Shown here: one piece after another, positions 27,447-41,003 of the stretch | How positions within the stretch are numbered: position 1 is the first letter of the stretch | Layout: the number at the start of each line of letters is the position of its first letter | From: Syncephalis fuscata S228 | Taxonomy: Eukaryota; Fungi; Zoopagomycota | Direction of reading: 5' to 3' | Assembly: GCA_025786725.1 (NCBI GenBank) | Contig: JAHLTZ010000034.1 | Span: forward strand, 186,001-250,000 | Length of the DNA: 64,000 nt | Program-made: the position numbers and the translations under genes | Notes under the pieces: model-generated | Told to the model about the DNA's origin: nothing | The model's database searches: none | The model's input: the letters and a program-made list of their open reading frames with translations, nothing else

Positions 27447-29237
27447 ATGCCGCGTGCCAATACAGACGCTGGCACCACTGCTTCTTATTTACCACTTCAT
27501 TCGACTGATCTAACCACCGCAGCCGCCACTCACCTAAACACAGCCACCACTTCGTCTCTGACCCGAGCATCCAATCGGCCTGCTAGTGATAGTAGCCATA
27601 GTGCCAGCATGATGACGCGGCAAGCGGCCACGGGCCGTCCTACGCCATTTACATGGCTACTACTAATGGTCAATTTTGGTCTCTTCCTTATATTTATTAT
27701 TACGTCGACGCTTCCTCAATATGCCGAATCGGTCCACTCGCTTGATCACGAATTGCTCGAACAGAAAATGAGCGCAGAACGAGCTGCTAACAACACGCTG
27801 TTCTGGGGCACCTACCGTCCCAATCTCTACTTTGGTACGCGGCCCCGTCTACCCCAGTCGGTAATGACCGGGCTTATGTGGTTTAATATGGACGATTATT
27901 CAGGCTTTCGTCGTAAGTGGCCACACTACTAATAATAAGCACTCAGTTATATTTTGTATTAACTACTATGTATTATTATAGATATTCGACATACTTGCGA
28001 ACATGGAGATCAATTTGAACGTTATGGCTATCTAAAACATGATGGACGGTTCTTTGGTATGCAGGAACTGGTCGACAGCGGTGTTCGCTACACACTAAAG
28101 ACGGAATTTGTAAAGCGACCAGGCGGTGAACATGGCACGTATACATCTACTCGTATTTCCTGCTATTAAACAAACAAGTATTAATATATCTATGCTATTA
28201 GGTGGCGATTGGTCGGTTCGTATTAGTGGCCAGCCAAATGCCACAGGTAATGCAATATAGCTCCTTAATTAATAAGATATAATAACATGTATATAATGGA
28301 TGTTAATAGACAGTACACCAGCACATATATCTGTACTATTCTATGTGGGATTTGACGGTATTGGTGAACTAGATTTCCGTAATAAAGAAAGTGAAAAGGT
28401 ATTTTTGTAATTAGCTGATTGACTAAACAACCATCTAATAAATAATCAATTGAAGGGATACACCAAACCAATTGTATTACAAGGCGATACAGAAGGATTA
28501 GGTAAATTCAAGATTAATATTGCCGATGGTAAGTAAATTAAATTTATTTAAAAAGTGTATATTTACACCATTCATTTAAACATCAATTTGATAATTAGGA
28601 CCGAATTCAAAGGGTACTTCCCACGTATGGGGCTCACGTATTACAGATGGCAATACATGGCGTGCTAAAGGTAATTAGACCATTCAACGCATATACGAAT
28701 AGCAACTAAAGCGATGTTTAGAACTATTTGAGAAATACTTGATGTCACAAATTGAACGACTTGTTCCTAGAGATGCAGATGAACTACCTGATCCCAAATT
28801 GCTATTTACTATTAAGGATCATATTAGCGAAGGTGCCAATCTCTATTTTATACAAAAGACATTTAAAGGAGAATTTCAGGTAAATGACATTTAAGTAATG
28901 ATTAGTCAGTAGGTTATTAATGTTGTTTAATTAATTTGATAATAGTTTGATGTGTCATTTAAATCGGCTTCATCGCCATCTTATAAAGGTACGATAGTCA
29001 TATGATAACTATAGACAGCCTAATTATAATAAAAATACTAGGTGGTGTTGATATGGCTATTCAAGATGCTTACAAATCATTTGATGCACGATTTGAACGT
29101 ATTTTCAACTTGACAGGCAAAGGCTATTCAAAACGCCATGTTGAATTTGCCCAAGCTGCATTAAGTAATTTATTAGGCGGTATTGGGTATGTGAATCAAT
29201 ATATGCCTTAATAATAGTATTTATAATAGTCATATAC

Positions 29238-29270
<33 letters not shown>

Positions 29271-31259
29271 TGTATGTATATAGATATTTCCACGGTGATA
29301 GTATTGTAGATCGTACTCCAGATGAACAAGCTGATCGCGATGAACTGGATGAAGAAGAATTCCCAGTGGCCACACCACATCCTGAGAAAACAAAGCCTTC
29401 CTCGTTATTCTCTGGTACACCATCGCGTTCATTTTTCCCTCGAGGATTCCTTTGGTATGACACTAAGTGATTACAAATTAATTATTTATGCATATTAATG
29501 CTTGTTATAGGGATGAAGGCTTTCATCAAATGTTAATTGGACAATGGGACAATGATTTAAGGTAAAATAAATTAAGCGACGATAATAGAAATTGCATCGG
29601 CTTTTATATTGACCATCTACTAGTCTGGATATTCTACGTTCATGGTTTGCTCAAATGGATGACAATGGCTGGATTGCTCGAGAACAAATTCTTGGCGATG
29701 AAGCACGTAGTAAGGTAAGCCATAACGGCCACTATTCATTGTCCAGTGTATAACTTGCGTTAATAGGTACCGGAAGAGTTTCAAACACAATTTCCCCACT
29801 ATGCCAATCCACCCACTTTGATTATGCCAGTGCGTATGTTTATGGAACGTCAAATGGCTTATGAAAAAAGCTTGGAAACTAAAGTACATGAAGAAGGTAA
29901 GTATTTAATAGATGTTTGTTATATTTATTAATATATATGTGTGTGTGGGTGTGTAAAATTATGTCATTTAGTAAACGATAAGGTTGATCCTGTACGTCAG
30001 CGCATTAAAACATCAGAGGATCCGGAAGTAGTTCGCAACCGGCATTTATTAGAACCACAACTAGGCACTGACTATTTATTAAATCTTTATCCGTATATTC
30101 GTCGATTTTACCACTGGTTCCGTCGAACACAAAAAGGAGAGATTAAACGATGGGGACGCAGTGCACCGAACAAAGAAGCATACCGGTGGCGAGGCCGTAC
30201 ACTTAACCATACACTAACTTCAGGTATAATGGTTTATTAGACTATTCGGCAATTTAATTTCTCTAATCTATATATATATTATATCATTTGTATTCGTTAG
30301 GATTGGACGACTATCCACGAGGTGCACCACATCCAGGTGAACTGCATCTTGATCTACTATCCTGGATGGGCTACACTGCAAAGACATTGCGTATGATGGC
30401 AGAACGATTAGGCGAGCAAGATGACGCCGATGAATATGAACAAGAATATCAGAATATTGTAGCCAATCTTGATGGTAATACAATTAATTAGTGCTAATAG
30501 TTTAAATAGCCATTTTTAACGATTTATATAATCATTATAATTCATTAGCACTTCATTGGGATGATAAAGAAGAAATTTATTGTGATTTAACTGTCAACCA
30601 TGAAGGTTAGTAGCACTATCACATTACACTACACTCAGTGTTAATCGATTAATTAATATGTATATTCTAATAGATGAATCAGAATACGTGTGTCATCGTG
30701 GCTATATCACACTTTTCCCATTGTTATTGGGTCTATTGCCACCAGATTCTCCACATTTGAATCATTTACTCGATTTAATACGTGATACAGATCATTTATG
30801 GACATCTTATGGACTACGTTCACTTTCTAAACAAGATCCGTATTACGGCTTAGGAGAAAATTACTGGCGAGGACCTATTTGGATGAATATGAACTACTTG
30901 GCACTATCATCACTTTACAAGGTATGTGCTATTGATCAATAGTGTTATACTACTAATATCAATACTATGGCCATTGTCTATTAGAATTACGCCACGGTAG
31001 AAGGACCATACAAGGAAAAAGCCGCCAAAATATATCGTTTATTACGAAAAAATGTAGTTAATAATCTGTTTAAGGTAATACAGTTACAATACTCTATTCA
31101 TTAGTTGATCATATTTTTATATCTTTATTTCAATAGCAATATAAAAAGACCGGATTCTTCTGGGAGCAATATTCTCAAGTTAATGGACAAGGTCGTCGTT
31201 CACATCCATTCACCGGTTGGAGTGCTTTAATTGTATTGATTATGGCAGAGAAATATTAA
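27447..31259 (+). CDS. CWH41: Mannosyl-oligosaccharide glucosidase I (GH63), many introns
   Basis: Type II TM helix, then [87 protein letters not shown]...[10 protein letters not shown]. Confidence 0.96.
29241..29279. repeat. (TATG)n microsatellite in a CWH41 intron
   Basis: About 9-10 perfect TATG units. Confidence 0.9.
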
Positions 31260-31268
31260 AGTAGTACG

Positions 31269-33983
31269 CTACCATTTTCCTTTACCTTTGCCTTTGCCTT
31301 TCCCGCCAGACTTCTTTTTCTTACTACTTGTAGCTTTGCCAGTGGAAGAATTAGTAGGCGTCATGTCAGAAGTAGTACTAGTGTCGATATCCATGCTGAC
31401 TTGAGCTCTATTATGTGTGCATAAATATAAATACCAATTATTATTTTTATTATTTTTATTATTATGATTATTATGATTATATAACCACTTACGATTTGCC
31501 ATCAATTCGAGCACTGCCTGTACCACCACCACCGCTACCGGGTAGAGAAAGACCTTGAGGTCCACTAGCCAATTTACTGGCAGCACCACGTTTACGGCCT
31601 TTTGGCTTAAAGTCAGACCGTTCTCTCTTGGGTAGCCAGCGTTCAGGGTCTGGCTGTTTCTCAGCATCATAGCTTTTGGCTGGTGGATTGCTTCGTTTCT
31701 TCTTTTTAATCGGTGCCGACTTGGGAGCAGAAGACCTAGAATAAAAAGTGTATCAACAATTAATATACAGAAATATATAGATAATGAATAGAACCTACCG
31801 AGATGCAGTTGTAGTGCTGGCAGCAACTCGACGACTTACTCCAGGTGCACGAGACTCGAGTGCATTCAGTTCGGCATTAGATGTCTGGCCTGGTCGTACT
31901 GGTGGCGTAACTAATACACCTGTGTAATTCTTGGCCAACTCTGGCTTGTATTCAGCACATGCCATTACCAAATTGGCCAGCGTTTTCTTATCGTCTGGAT
32001 CTGCTTTAACAAGTGCTGTATAGTCTTGAACTGCTTGTTCCGCCTTGCCAGCACGTAAACAAAGGGCACCTCGTAGTTTAAGTACGCTATTAATTCCCTA
32101 TAAATAAATGCATATATTGTAAGTAGATAGTTTGGTAGATTATAACCAATCCACCTACCTTTTGGTCGTTATGCCTCTTGTAGTAATCAAGTGCATTTTC
32201 AAGTATAGTACGTGCCGTATCTTTTTGGCCTGCAATTTCATAAACTTTTACCATCGTTTCCAGTGATGCTGCGTCATAGCATGATGGATCTTTCTCATGT
32301 GCATGAAGTAACTCAATAGCCTTGGCTATATCACCTGACTTGGCCGCCATACGCGCTAATACTAGACGTACTTCCAATAGTGATGAATTTTGCGCCAAAG
32401 CATTCTATTAATAAAACAAGTATTTTAATTAACATCATGGCGGTTATTTTAATAGTTTCTCTTACGGTAAGTTCATCAATGGCTCGTTGTTTCTTGCCTT
32501 GACAATATGGTGCAGCAGCTGAAATAAGATGTGGAATACTCCAATTAGGCTGATGACTGCTTAGTCGTTTAGCTGCATCGCGTGCTGCGCTATACTGTAA
32601 TTATTGATCAGCCTAACTATTAACGCCATCATAAAGCGTAATTATTTACCTTTTTGAGCCATAGTTGCATAATGGCACGGTTAGCTGCCATTTGGCGACG
32701 TTGGAACATTAGTATTTTTTCTCAACTCGATGATCGCCTGCTAGTTGCAAACGTCGACTCAATTGATGAATGCCATGCGATGTTGATCGTCGCTGAGCTA
32801 CATAGTTGTTTGTAACAATAGATAGCACAGTTCCCTCGGCCAAGCTGTAAGTTTACCATTAGATTGTGCATACTTGACGATAACTATTGCCGCTTACTTT
32901 GCATCCAAAATCTCTTGTTGGTATACAAGTGCTTCCTCCGTCTTACCCAGCAACTGGCACACGTAGGCCAGCTGTGCATAATAGTGGCCAGTTCAGCTTC
33001 GATTTCCTTATCGGTATATTCTTGCTCGCGCAATGAACTGCGACATGTATCTATCAAATGGTATTAATACTTGAATATACTTACCAATTCAAATATACAT
33101 ACCACGCGCTTTACAAAGAAGTGTTTCAGCTGCCGCCAATTGACCATTGGCAATGGAAAGTGTTGCAGCGTTATAAATCTGATCATATGTTTCCAATTGA
33201 TCGCGATTAACTTGTAAAAGCTGATTATTTAGTTAAGCAAATTAGCTATACCTTTATGTATATTGTATTACAAGTATTTACCTTATCACTTAGTTTGCCT
33301 CCTGAAGCAAGTGTGGCTGCCTTGGCTGCAATCAAATTGGCCAACAAATCGGCATAATTAGCATTATCCTATACAACACAGTTACTATAAAACATAATTA
33401 ATAAATAAAATTACTAATACCTTTTCAGTATTATCGACTAATACATTATAAAGCTTAACTGCAGTAGGAAAATCCTCAGTTTTATAAGCCTAAGTAAATG
33501 ATAAAATATATAAAAGTATTAGGGCATATATCCAGCCGTATAGACGCGTCTACACTGCCAAACTTACCACCTGGGCCTTTAGATGAGTTAGCGGCAACGA
33601 CGTAGTAACATCGACCGTTTTAAATAGCGCCTGAACCTCGGATAATTTTTCCAAGCGATATAAGCTATACGCACGCTCGAACACTCGTTCACGTGCCATG
33701 GCAGGCGGCATGACAGTATCAAGGAACTTGAGTGCCTCATGATAGCGATCCAGCCGGATCAGAGTGACCAGCTTGGCCCGTAGTGCATCAGTGTCCTGCT
33801 TGTCCAGATCCAGCACTGCGGACATGAAAAGCGTATGCTTAGCAACCGCATTCATAGTTCCGCGCAAGCTTATTCTACGCACTTACATTGATTGCATATG
33901 ACCAACACGCGATCATAATCATTGTCCGCAATGGACGCGTCCATTGCCGCATACAATTGTACAGGATCTTTGTTTGCACTCAT
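31269..33983 (-). CDS. SRP72: Signal recognition particle subunit SRP72, multi-exon
   Basis: N-terminal TPRs (FERAYSLYRL, HLKAQVAYK.EDF), C-terminal SRP-RNA-binding motif PDPERWLPKRERSDF..K, and Lys-rich tail. Confidence 0.93.
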
Positions 33984-34383
33984 GATTAGTCAAAGATGAT
34001 AGGGCAAAAAACAGTCTGAGTAAGTATAACTCAGAAAAAGGACACGTAGAATGAATTGCCAAGAAAGGGAGCCTACCCGTTTTAAAATAGTGTGGACGGA
34101 TTTAATTCAAGCACTGGTTTCACTTAATTTAAAGACCACCAAGCTGCTTCTTACCATTACGGATACCACTATCGCTGCTATTCCACTCCTATTCCTACTC
34201 CAAGTGTTGCTATTGCTACTGTTACTACAGATACTGTTACTACAGCTACTGTACTATTGTTCCTGCCTTGGCCACAACATAACTTGTATTGCACCACATA
34301 GCTTTTATATCTTTATTCCCATCACTGGCCTACTTTGTCTCTTATTCCTTGCCAGTCAGTTCAATTACTCGTCTATACCGACT

Positions 34384-36575
34384 ATGACAATACTATCTAA
34401 TGTATTCAGTCCTTCAGGACCTATTTCAAATGCCATTGGTAAGTGCAGCGGTGGTCACTAGGCGGTACCAGCACGTAGAGACAGAGACAAGCTATAGCGG
34501 CACCTTCATGTACTAACAAAAGCGCAACAACAGAGACGGCAACTACTGTAACAGCATCTCGGGAAGAAGATTGGCAGCTTATTATTGACATATGTAATTT
34601 AGTCAATTCTAGACCAGAAGGGTAAGTTTTTGGTATGGTTGACACGAGGAAATATCTGCGTCTAACAACAATGTGTGCTGTTTATTGTCCAGACCCAAAG
34701 AGGCTGCTAAAGCAGTGCGTAAACGTATTAAAACTAAACAAGTGGGCACCCAATTGCTGACCATTACAGTAAGTGGTACTTGATCGTATTATTATTGCAG
34801 CCATTAACGATTAATAATAATAATAATAATAATAATATAAAAGCTGATGCAATCGTTGTTTGACAACTGTGGTGCAAAATATCGCGGTAAGTTAAATGAT
34901 TTGCCATTGTATTATAATCAATTAAAGATCAATTATCTAGTGGCTATATCCAATTCTAAATTCACGGAGACATTAGCAAAACTCATGAGTCGTTCAGTAA
35001 GTATTACCTATTTGATATTAAACTAGTATTTATATGTCCTATTATTACTAGGACACCGATCCAGAGGTCAGAAGCAAACTGTATGTAGCACTCACATCTT
35101 GGGCTGAACAGTTACGAGGTGAGCCTGGAATGGAAGCAATCCCTGCTTTATATGACAATCTTAATAGTAAGCAATTCAATATGCAATATAAATTAAATCT
35201 AACAACACTATCTACTAGCAATTACTACGCTTACTCCATCTGATGATAATAACAATGATAACATGGTAAGATAGCGTTGATAATAACAAGTGGTTTTGAT
35301 GATTTACACATCTCAATTAATAGCGTTCAAGTCATTTGGAAGCTATGTCGCCTGAGAAAGTAAGTCATTAGCCATAAAGAATTGTCGATTTAGTAACTAA
35401 TACAATGTAATATTAGATGCAAAAAGAAGTGCCACGTTTAGTAGAAATATGCCATAATTCAGTTGAAATGCTGAGTGAATCATTGGTTTATACTGATCCA
35501 GATACTGAGGATATTCGTAAAAACGAATTTATTCAAGCAAGTATAATTAAATAATACGTTTAGCAATTAGATTAACCAATTATAAACACTAGGAATTTTA
35601 CGTAAAATGCAAAAATCTGCAGACAGAAGTTGGTCGATTTATAGCATCGGCTCAAGATGAACAATTAATCGGTAAATTGATTTATTATTGCTTGTTTATT
35701 AGTAATATTAACGAAATGTTGATTAGATCAATTACTAAAGGCAAATCAAGAACTCCTTGATGTATTCCAGCAATACGACGAGATTGTTGAACGACATGAT
35801 ATTGTCAGTGCAACCAATCGTTCAGCAGCCGATATGGCGCAATTCTCATCGGTAAGTAGATCTAGTATTGGCATTATTTAGTCTAATTACAAGTAAATCT
35901 AGGCGACATCATCTTCACCATCGACAAATCCTCCAAATAGCAATGGTCATGAGTAAGTGGAGTGTTTTAATATTGCAAACTAGTGATAATGGATTACTAA
36001 AAACTACGGTTAAATTTATAGATATGCTAAACAATCCTCATCTAATCCATTTAATGATCAACATCACCAGCTGGCATTTCATCCACTGCTATGGGGTAAG
36101 TAATCATTCAACATTATCAATTATTAAGCATTAATGATTTGTATTTGTATTAGAAAACAACCTCAAGGTAATAACACAAACACAATGAATTCAATTGTAT
36201 TATTTACTAACATTTGTACATAATACGATGGTCATTATTATTGGCATTTTAGAGCAGCCTAGTATTAGTTTCCCAAGTGTTGAGCCTTATCGTGTGGCGC
36301 CACCACCACAGTCATTGCAAACAATGGGTTCACAAAACCCATTTGACGACATTTTAGCTTACAGTGATGCCAATGCGGCAGAAGCACAGCTTAGTGCACC
36401 CATGGCACCTATGCTATCTATGCCAGCTGCACCATTATTGCCCACACCAGCCGAGACATCACCAATGGGCTGGCACATCAATGGCATGTCATCTGCCTCC
36501 ACATCAAACCGTACAGAAACAACTGCGCCTATTGTGACCAGAGACGAGCATGGCAACCAGCATGCTATCATCTAA
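34384..36575 (+). CDS. VHS + GAT domain protein (Lsb5/TOM1-like adaptor), multi-exon
   Basis: VHS: EEDWQLIIDICNLVN...PKEAAKAVRKRIK...SLFDNCG. GAT: NEFIQEFYVKCK...LLKANQELLDVFQQYDE. NPF motifs in the tail. Confidence 0.85.
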
Positions 36576-36710
36576 TTGGCTTGCTTATTCGCGCTCGCTG
36601 TCGTGTAGGCAGAAGTTTTTATGTTTTATCTTCATTGTTAGCTGCTTCAAGTATTCAATTTTACAATGCACTATTATTAACTAATAAATCTACATTAAAA
36701 ACAATAATGT

Positions 36711-37496
36711 CTAATGCGCGCCAGCATATGAATTTACTCCTGTATTCGCACCTATTCTAGCACCATCTACAGGAACGATGTTTGCCGAATTGTCGCTAAC
36801 ATCGTGCAATAATCGTTCAACACGTTCACGCTTAAAAAAGAATTGGAACGTATACTGTTTGGCGTCTGGATCCCAATGGGTCCAGCATCGTTCTTCATTC
36901 CGGTCAATATCACGGCTTTGTATCTTGAATGCAACTGTCTCATACGGCTCTGCTGCAAACAACAAATACTGGTGCGCTTTGTTGGGTGCCTCTTGGTGCT
37001 GTTCATATGCACTCATAAACCGATAACGCGGCACAACCTCGTGTCCAATCTCTGGATACTGCACCTGGAATAGTAGGCCTAGCTGGCCCGCTACCGGATC
37101 GTGTATTTTGGTTACTTTGTAGCCTGGCCGGCCAATCTTTATCACATTCCGCTTTACAGCAACAGGAGCTGGCCGGCCTGCGCCCTCCATCATCGCACCA
37201 GCTGCATCTCCCGTTCCAAAAGTACGTGCCTCCTTAGCGGCACGACGTGCTAGATTCGTTTGATGCTTTTTGCCCTGAGTATGGGCCAAGTAGCTTCCTT
37301 CGTTGGTATGCAATGTAAGGCAAAGTTTACATTCGTATGTACCAAGATGATTCTTCATAAAATATGGATCCTTGGCCAGATCGATTGTTTCAAGCGCAAG
37401 TCTACGTAGACGTTCGCGTCGGTCGACATTAGACTCGGACCCGCCGGCCACACCGGCCGATCCGGGCTTAGAGCCGGCTCGATTTTGGAAATCCAT
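36711..37496 (-). CDS. SF3A2: Splicing factor 3A subunit 2 (SAP62/Prp11)
   Basis: MDFQNRAGSKPG, RRERLRRLALETIDLAKDPYFMKNHLGTYECKLCLTLHTNEGSYLAHTQGKKHQTNL, IGRPGYKVTK. Confidence 0.97.
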   Translation of the reverse strand: MDFQNRAGSKPGSAGVAGGSESNVDRRERLRRLALETIDLAKDPYFMKNHLGTYECKLCLTLHTNEGSYLAHTQGKKHQTNLARRAAKEARTFGTGDAAGAMMEGAGRPAPVAVKRNVIKIGRPGYKVTKIHDPVAGQLGLLFQVQYPEIGHEVVPRYRFMSAYEQHQEAPNKAHQYLLFAAEPYETVAFKIQSRDIDRNEERCWTHWDPDAKQYTFQFFFKRERVERLLHDVSDNSANIVPVDGARIGANTGVNSYAGAH

Positions 37497-37627
37497 TTTA
37501 CAAGTGTAGTAGTTAGTAATAAAAAGTAAAACGGGAACTAATAAAAAAATCTCCAAACAACACTTTCAATCTTAAGCTGTATTTTACACGTTGTCAATTA
37601 TTGCTGCTATTGCTATTGCTTATCAAT

Positions 37628-38519
37628 ATGCAGCATTCCACAATGGCAATGACCAGCTTGTGTAAGTTTTATGCCTACAAGCATTGATCACGGCAAAATC
37701 TTACGTTTTTAATACTGAATAGTGGCGCGGTTTGGACGGCTTTCTCTTGCGCCCAGTGGACTGGCTGGTGCGCGTTTTTTACATTCAAGCACTTTATTAA
37801 GCCAAGAAGCAGCTTCAACTGAATTTGGACAGGCAGATCGTGATGTTTCTCCGTTGTTCCAACAGGCAATCAAGGAAACAGCCGAGAAATTACAGCAGAC
37901 CAAGCCTACAGGAACTGGTCCCGCTGTGGATAGCTCGATAAAAGAGGTATTAAACGCTTTATCAGATTATATAAGTACAATTTACTAATGATTACCAATT
38001 GTTTATCATTAGTTCTGTGGGTCAACATCGGATTTTAAGACTAGCACGCGCAAACTACGCTTTCTTGCAAAGCAGGTGGCTGGTCTAGATGTACAAGAGG
38101 CGATTCGTCAAATGGAGTTTTCTGCTAAAAAGTCATCAAAAAAGATTCTTGGCACGTTAGCATTAGCACGTAATAATGCTCGTTTGCAAAAAGAAATGGA
38201 TTCTGAAAAATTATACGTTGGTAAGTGTAAACTATAACCGGTTGGTTAATTATCTAATGAATTGTATGATACAGCTCGTGCATGGGTGGGTAAAGGACGA
38301 TACTTGAAGCGAGTTCGATATCATGGCCGTGGTCGATTTGGTACGATGCACCATCCATCGGCCCATTTAAAATTTGCATTGCGTGAACGCGAGCCAGAGC
38401 CAATAGATTTGGGCCGTGGCCAACGTCGTGATATTCGCGGCTGGCATATGACTAAAAAGGTGTGGACAGCACTTCAGGATAAGCCAATCTACAATCCTAA
38501 ACCTTATTATAATTGGTAG
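37628..38519 (+). CDS. MRPL22: Mitochondrial ribosomal protein uL22m, 4 exons
   Basis: Arg/Ser-rich presequence, STRKLRFLAKQVAGLDVQEAIRQMEFSAKK, AWVGKGRYLKRVRYHGRGRFG. Divergent from SF3A2 across ~130 bp. Confidence 0.92.
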
Positions 38520-38851
38520 TTTGCATTACTACGAAATGCTAAAATAAACGAGCAATATTTAAGCTAGTTTGGGCATATGCTATTATATACATGTGTGTTA
38601 TAACGTTAGATAGGTGAATTATGATTAAGATGTAATAATGATGTAAGATAATGTCTAACAATAATATAAATTACAAAATTTACTATAATATTCAATGACT
38701 ATAGATGAAAAATCATAGAAAGTATTTTAATAGTATTTTAATAGTCGGAATAAAGATCTAATGGTTCCAACACCGTTATTAAACAACTAAATGATTATGA
38801 AAATTAATAATCAAATAATTAAATAATCGGAGTTATTATACATTAATCCCA

Positions 38852-39152
38852 TTTTTATTTACTCGCTTCACTACTTTTCTCTTAATACTTGGATACAATT
38901 AATATTAATCTTACATCACAGATATGCCCAGAATACAATAGTAAAATAATAAAAAATAGAAGAGACCATTTAGATGCAATAATCTATGTTGTACGTAAAT
39001 GCAACAGCAACAAATGTGGAATGACATGGAATTGTGATTATATGGCTTTTATTAATATTCAATCAATCTTTCTACATATGACTAACAACAGCAATAATCA
39101 ACTTCAAATGTTTCAATGAAATCAAATAGTATGTTACATTGTCTATTTAAAT
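38852..39152 (+). mobile_element. Degenerate Fanzor/TnpB-like relic, copy 1 (zinc-finger + RuvC-III C-terminus)
   Basis: ORF 38889-39119 reads LTSQICPEY...RKCNSNKCGMTWNCDYMAFINIQSIFLHMTNNSN..MFQ, resembling the TSxxCxxC...CxxC...WNRDxxAxxNI tail of TnpB/Fanzor proteins. Homologous to 58709-59207. Confidence 0.7.
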
Positions 39153-39847
39153 CAATTTATCAGCGACATTTTAATAGAAAGTAATAAAATTGTAATGTAT
39201 TTAACAACAACATGACTTCAATTGGAACAAATTTACTTTGGAGACTCAAAATAGAGAGAGCAAAGTACAAATCAATTAGATAAAGAGCTGCCATATATTG
39301 CATTTAAAACAACTATACAAAATGTAATAAATGTATCGATGGGTCAAATATTGAAACATAATAAGTTATTGATGTATAGGCTAGAACTAACACTACAGCT
39401 ACTTAGTAAAGTATACAAGGCAATAATACGAATAGTAGCATGTGTTAATTAATTATTAGTCAATAGTCCAGTGAAATAATGCTTTGGTTGTTATTAATAG
39501 CAAGTCAAATACCATTTGATACTGGTTTCAAGGTCATACAAAAAGGGGAATTTAGATATTTAAATTCATGTGCGTTTCACTCTGGCCCAAACAGCCAAGC
39601 GACAATCTAGTAAGCAAACGAAGGCAGCTGAGACAAGTTTGCGGCAAGTTTAGAAAATGTGACTTTTTGGTAGAGCACGCGGTGTTTAAAGGCGACACGT
39701 TTTAGGACGCCTTGTGGATTTTTTTTCTCTGCAACGCTTTCCATTTAAGTTACTATCCGCTTACTTGCTTTTACTTCATTCATTACGCTTCTATTACTTC
39801 ATTTACTTTACTTTACCTTACTTTACTTTACTTTTTAAACTTTCAGC

Positions 39848-40168
39848 ATGGGCGAGAATACTGCTTTTTTCCAACAGCAACAAGCGCAGGGTGCCGTCCC
39901 TCACGCATATCCTGCTAATATGCAACAAAACTCGAACCTACCTCCACCACCACAAATGCAGTATCAAGCACAACCACAAATGATCATGGTTCCAGCCGGC
40001 GTTGTGCCAGCTGGACAAGCTTGTATCGATGGAGCTGCTCACAACTGGGCAAAAGATTATACACTTTGCGGTATCTGCTGGTTAATTTGGTGCTTCCCTT
40101 GCGGTCTTATTTGCTGCTATCTCAACGCAGACCAAAAGTGTACAAAATGCCAACAGGTTATTAGCTGA
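39848..40168 (+). CDS. BRI3 (brain protein I3)-like Pro/Gln-rich Cys-rich membrane protein (106 aa)
   Basis: Q/P-rich N-terminus, then C..G..H.W..DYTLCGICWLIWCFPCGLICC......KCTKC. Confidence 0.8.
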   Translation: MGENTAFFQQQQAQGAVPHAYPANMQQNSNLPPPPQMQYQAQPQMIMVPAGVVPAGQACIDGAAHNWAKDYTLCGICWLIWCFPCGLICCYLNADQKCTKCQQVIS

Positions 40169-41003
40169 GCTGTTTATGTCGATGCCAGTGTCGATGCTAT
40201 TTTTTTCAACAAGCATGGCCGATGTGCATGGCGACTGAGCACCTCTTGCTTAACACAGCACATGCACGTATACATTGTCGGCCAATGAATTTACCATTAG
40301 TCACGATAGTATAGTTTTACTTAATATTACCTCCTAATAAGATCGAACACATTGTTGCTCACTATTACCTTTTAATAATATAAATACATTGTTATTCATA
40401 CTTACAAACATTTACCTAACTTTATTGTCCATTTTACAAAACGCACAACTGTACTACCATCGCAAGCATGTCTAATATACAACGACTGAGTCACATTCAG
40501 CTAGCATGTGTAGAGATAGAGAGTTGTTACAAACCCAAACATACGCCCTTAGCCCAACAATACAACTCTCACGCATTTCATCACGTGGAATCTCAAAGTC
40601 GTGTTGGAAAGCGGATCCGCAAAAGGCAAGTATGCCGAAAGAAGCTGTTTGTGCGTTGTCAAGCAACATAATCAACCAATCATACGATGAAAACTCTGTA
40701 CCTTTCTATTTAGACAAAAGCGCTCAGCAGATATGCAGCAATTTGCCGAGGCAATAGGATGTGTAATGTGTCAGTGCCCAGATAGGCCGCATTAGCGGCT
40801 CAGCAATCCTATATAAGACACGATGATACTAAAATGGTACGGCGCCTATTACAATGATATAGGATTCGTGTCTTTTCTACATTTTGTCTTGTGCCTTTTT
40901 TGTTGCTTTAAGCCTTTGCATTTTATTTTGCTTTATTGCACGCGACAGGCGTATTTTTCTTTTGTTACAACTTAACGGCGATTATATTAAATTAGTATTT
41001 AAT

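Noticed and set aside
40468-40757. Overlapping short ORFs between the BRI3-like genes
   Set aside because: No recognisable motif, good start context or splice support.
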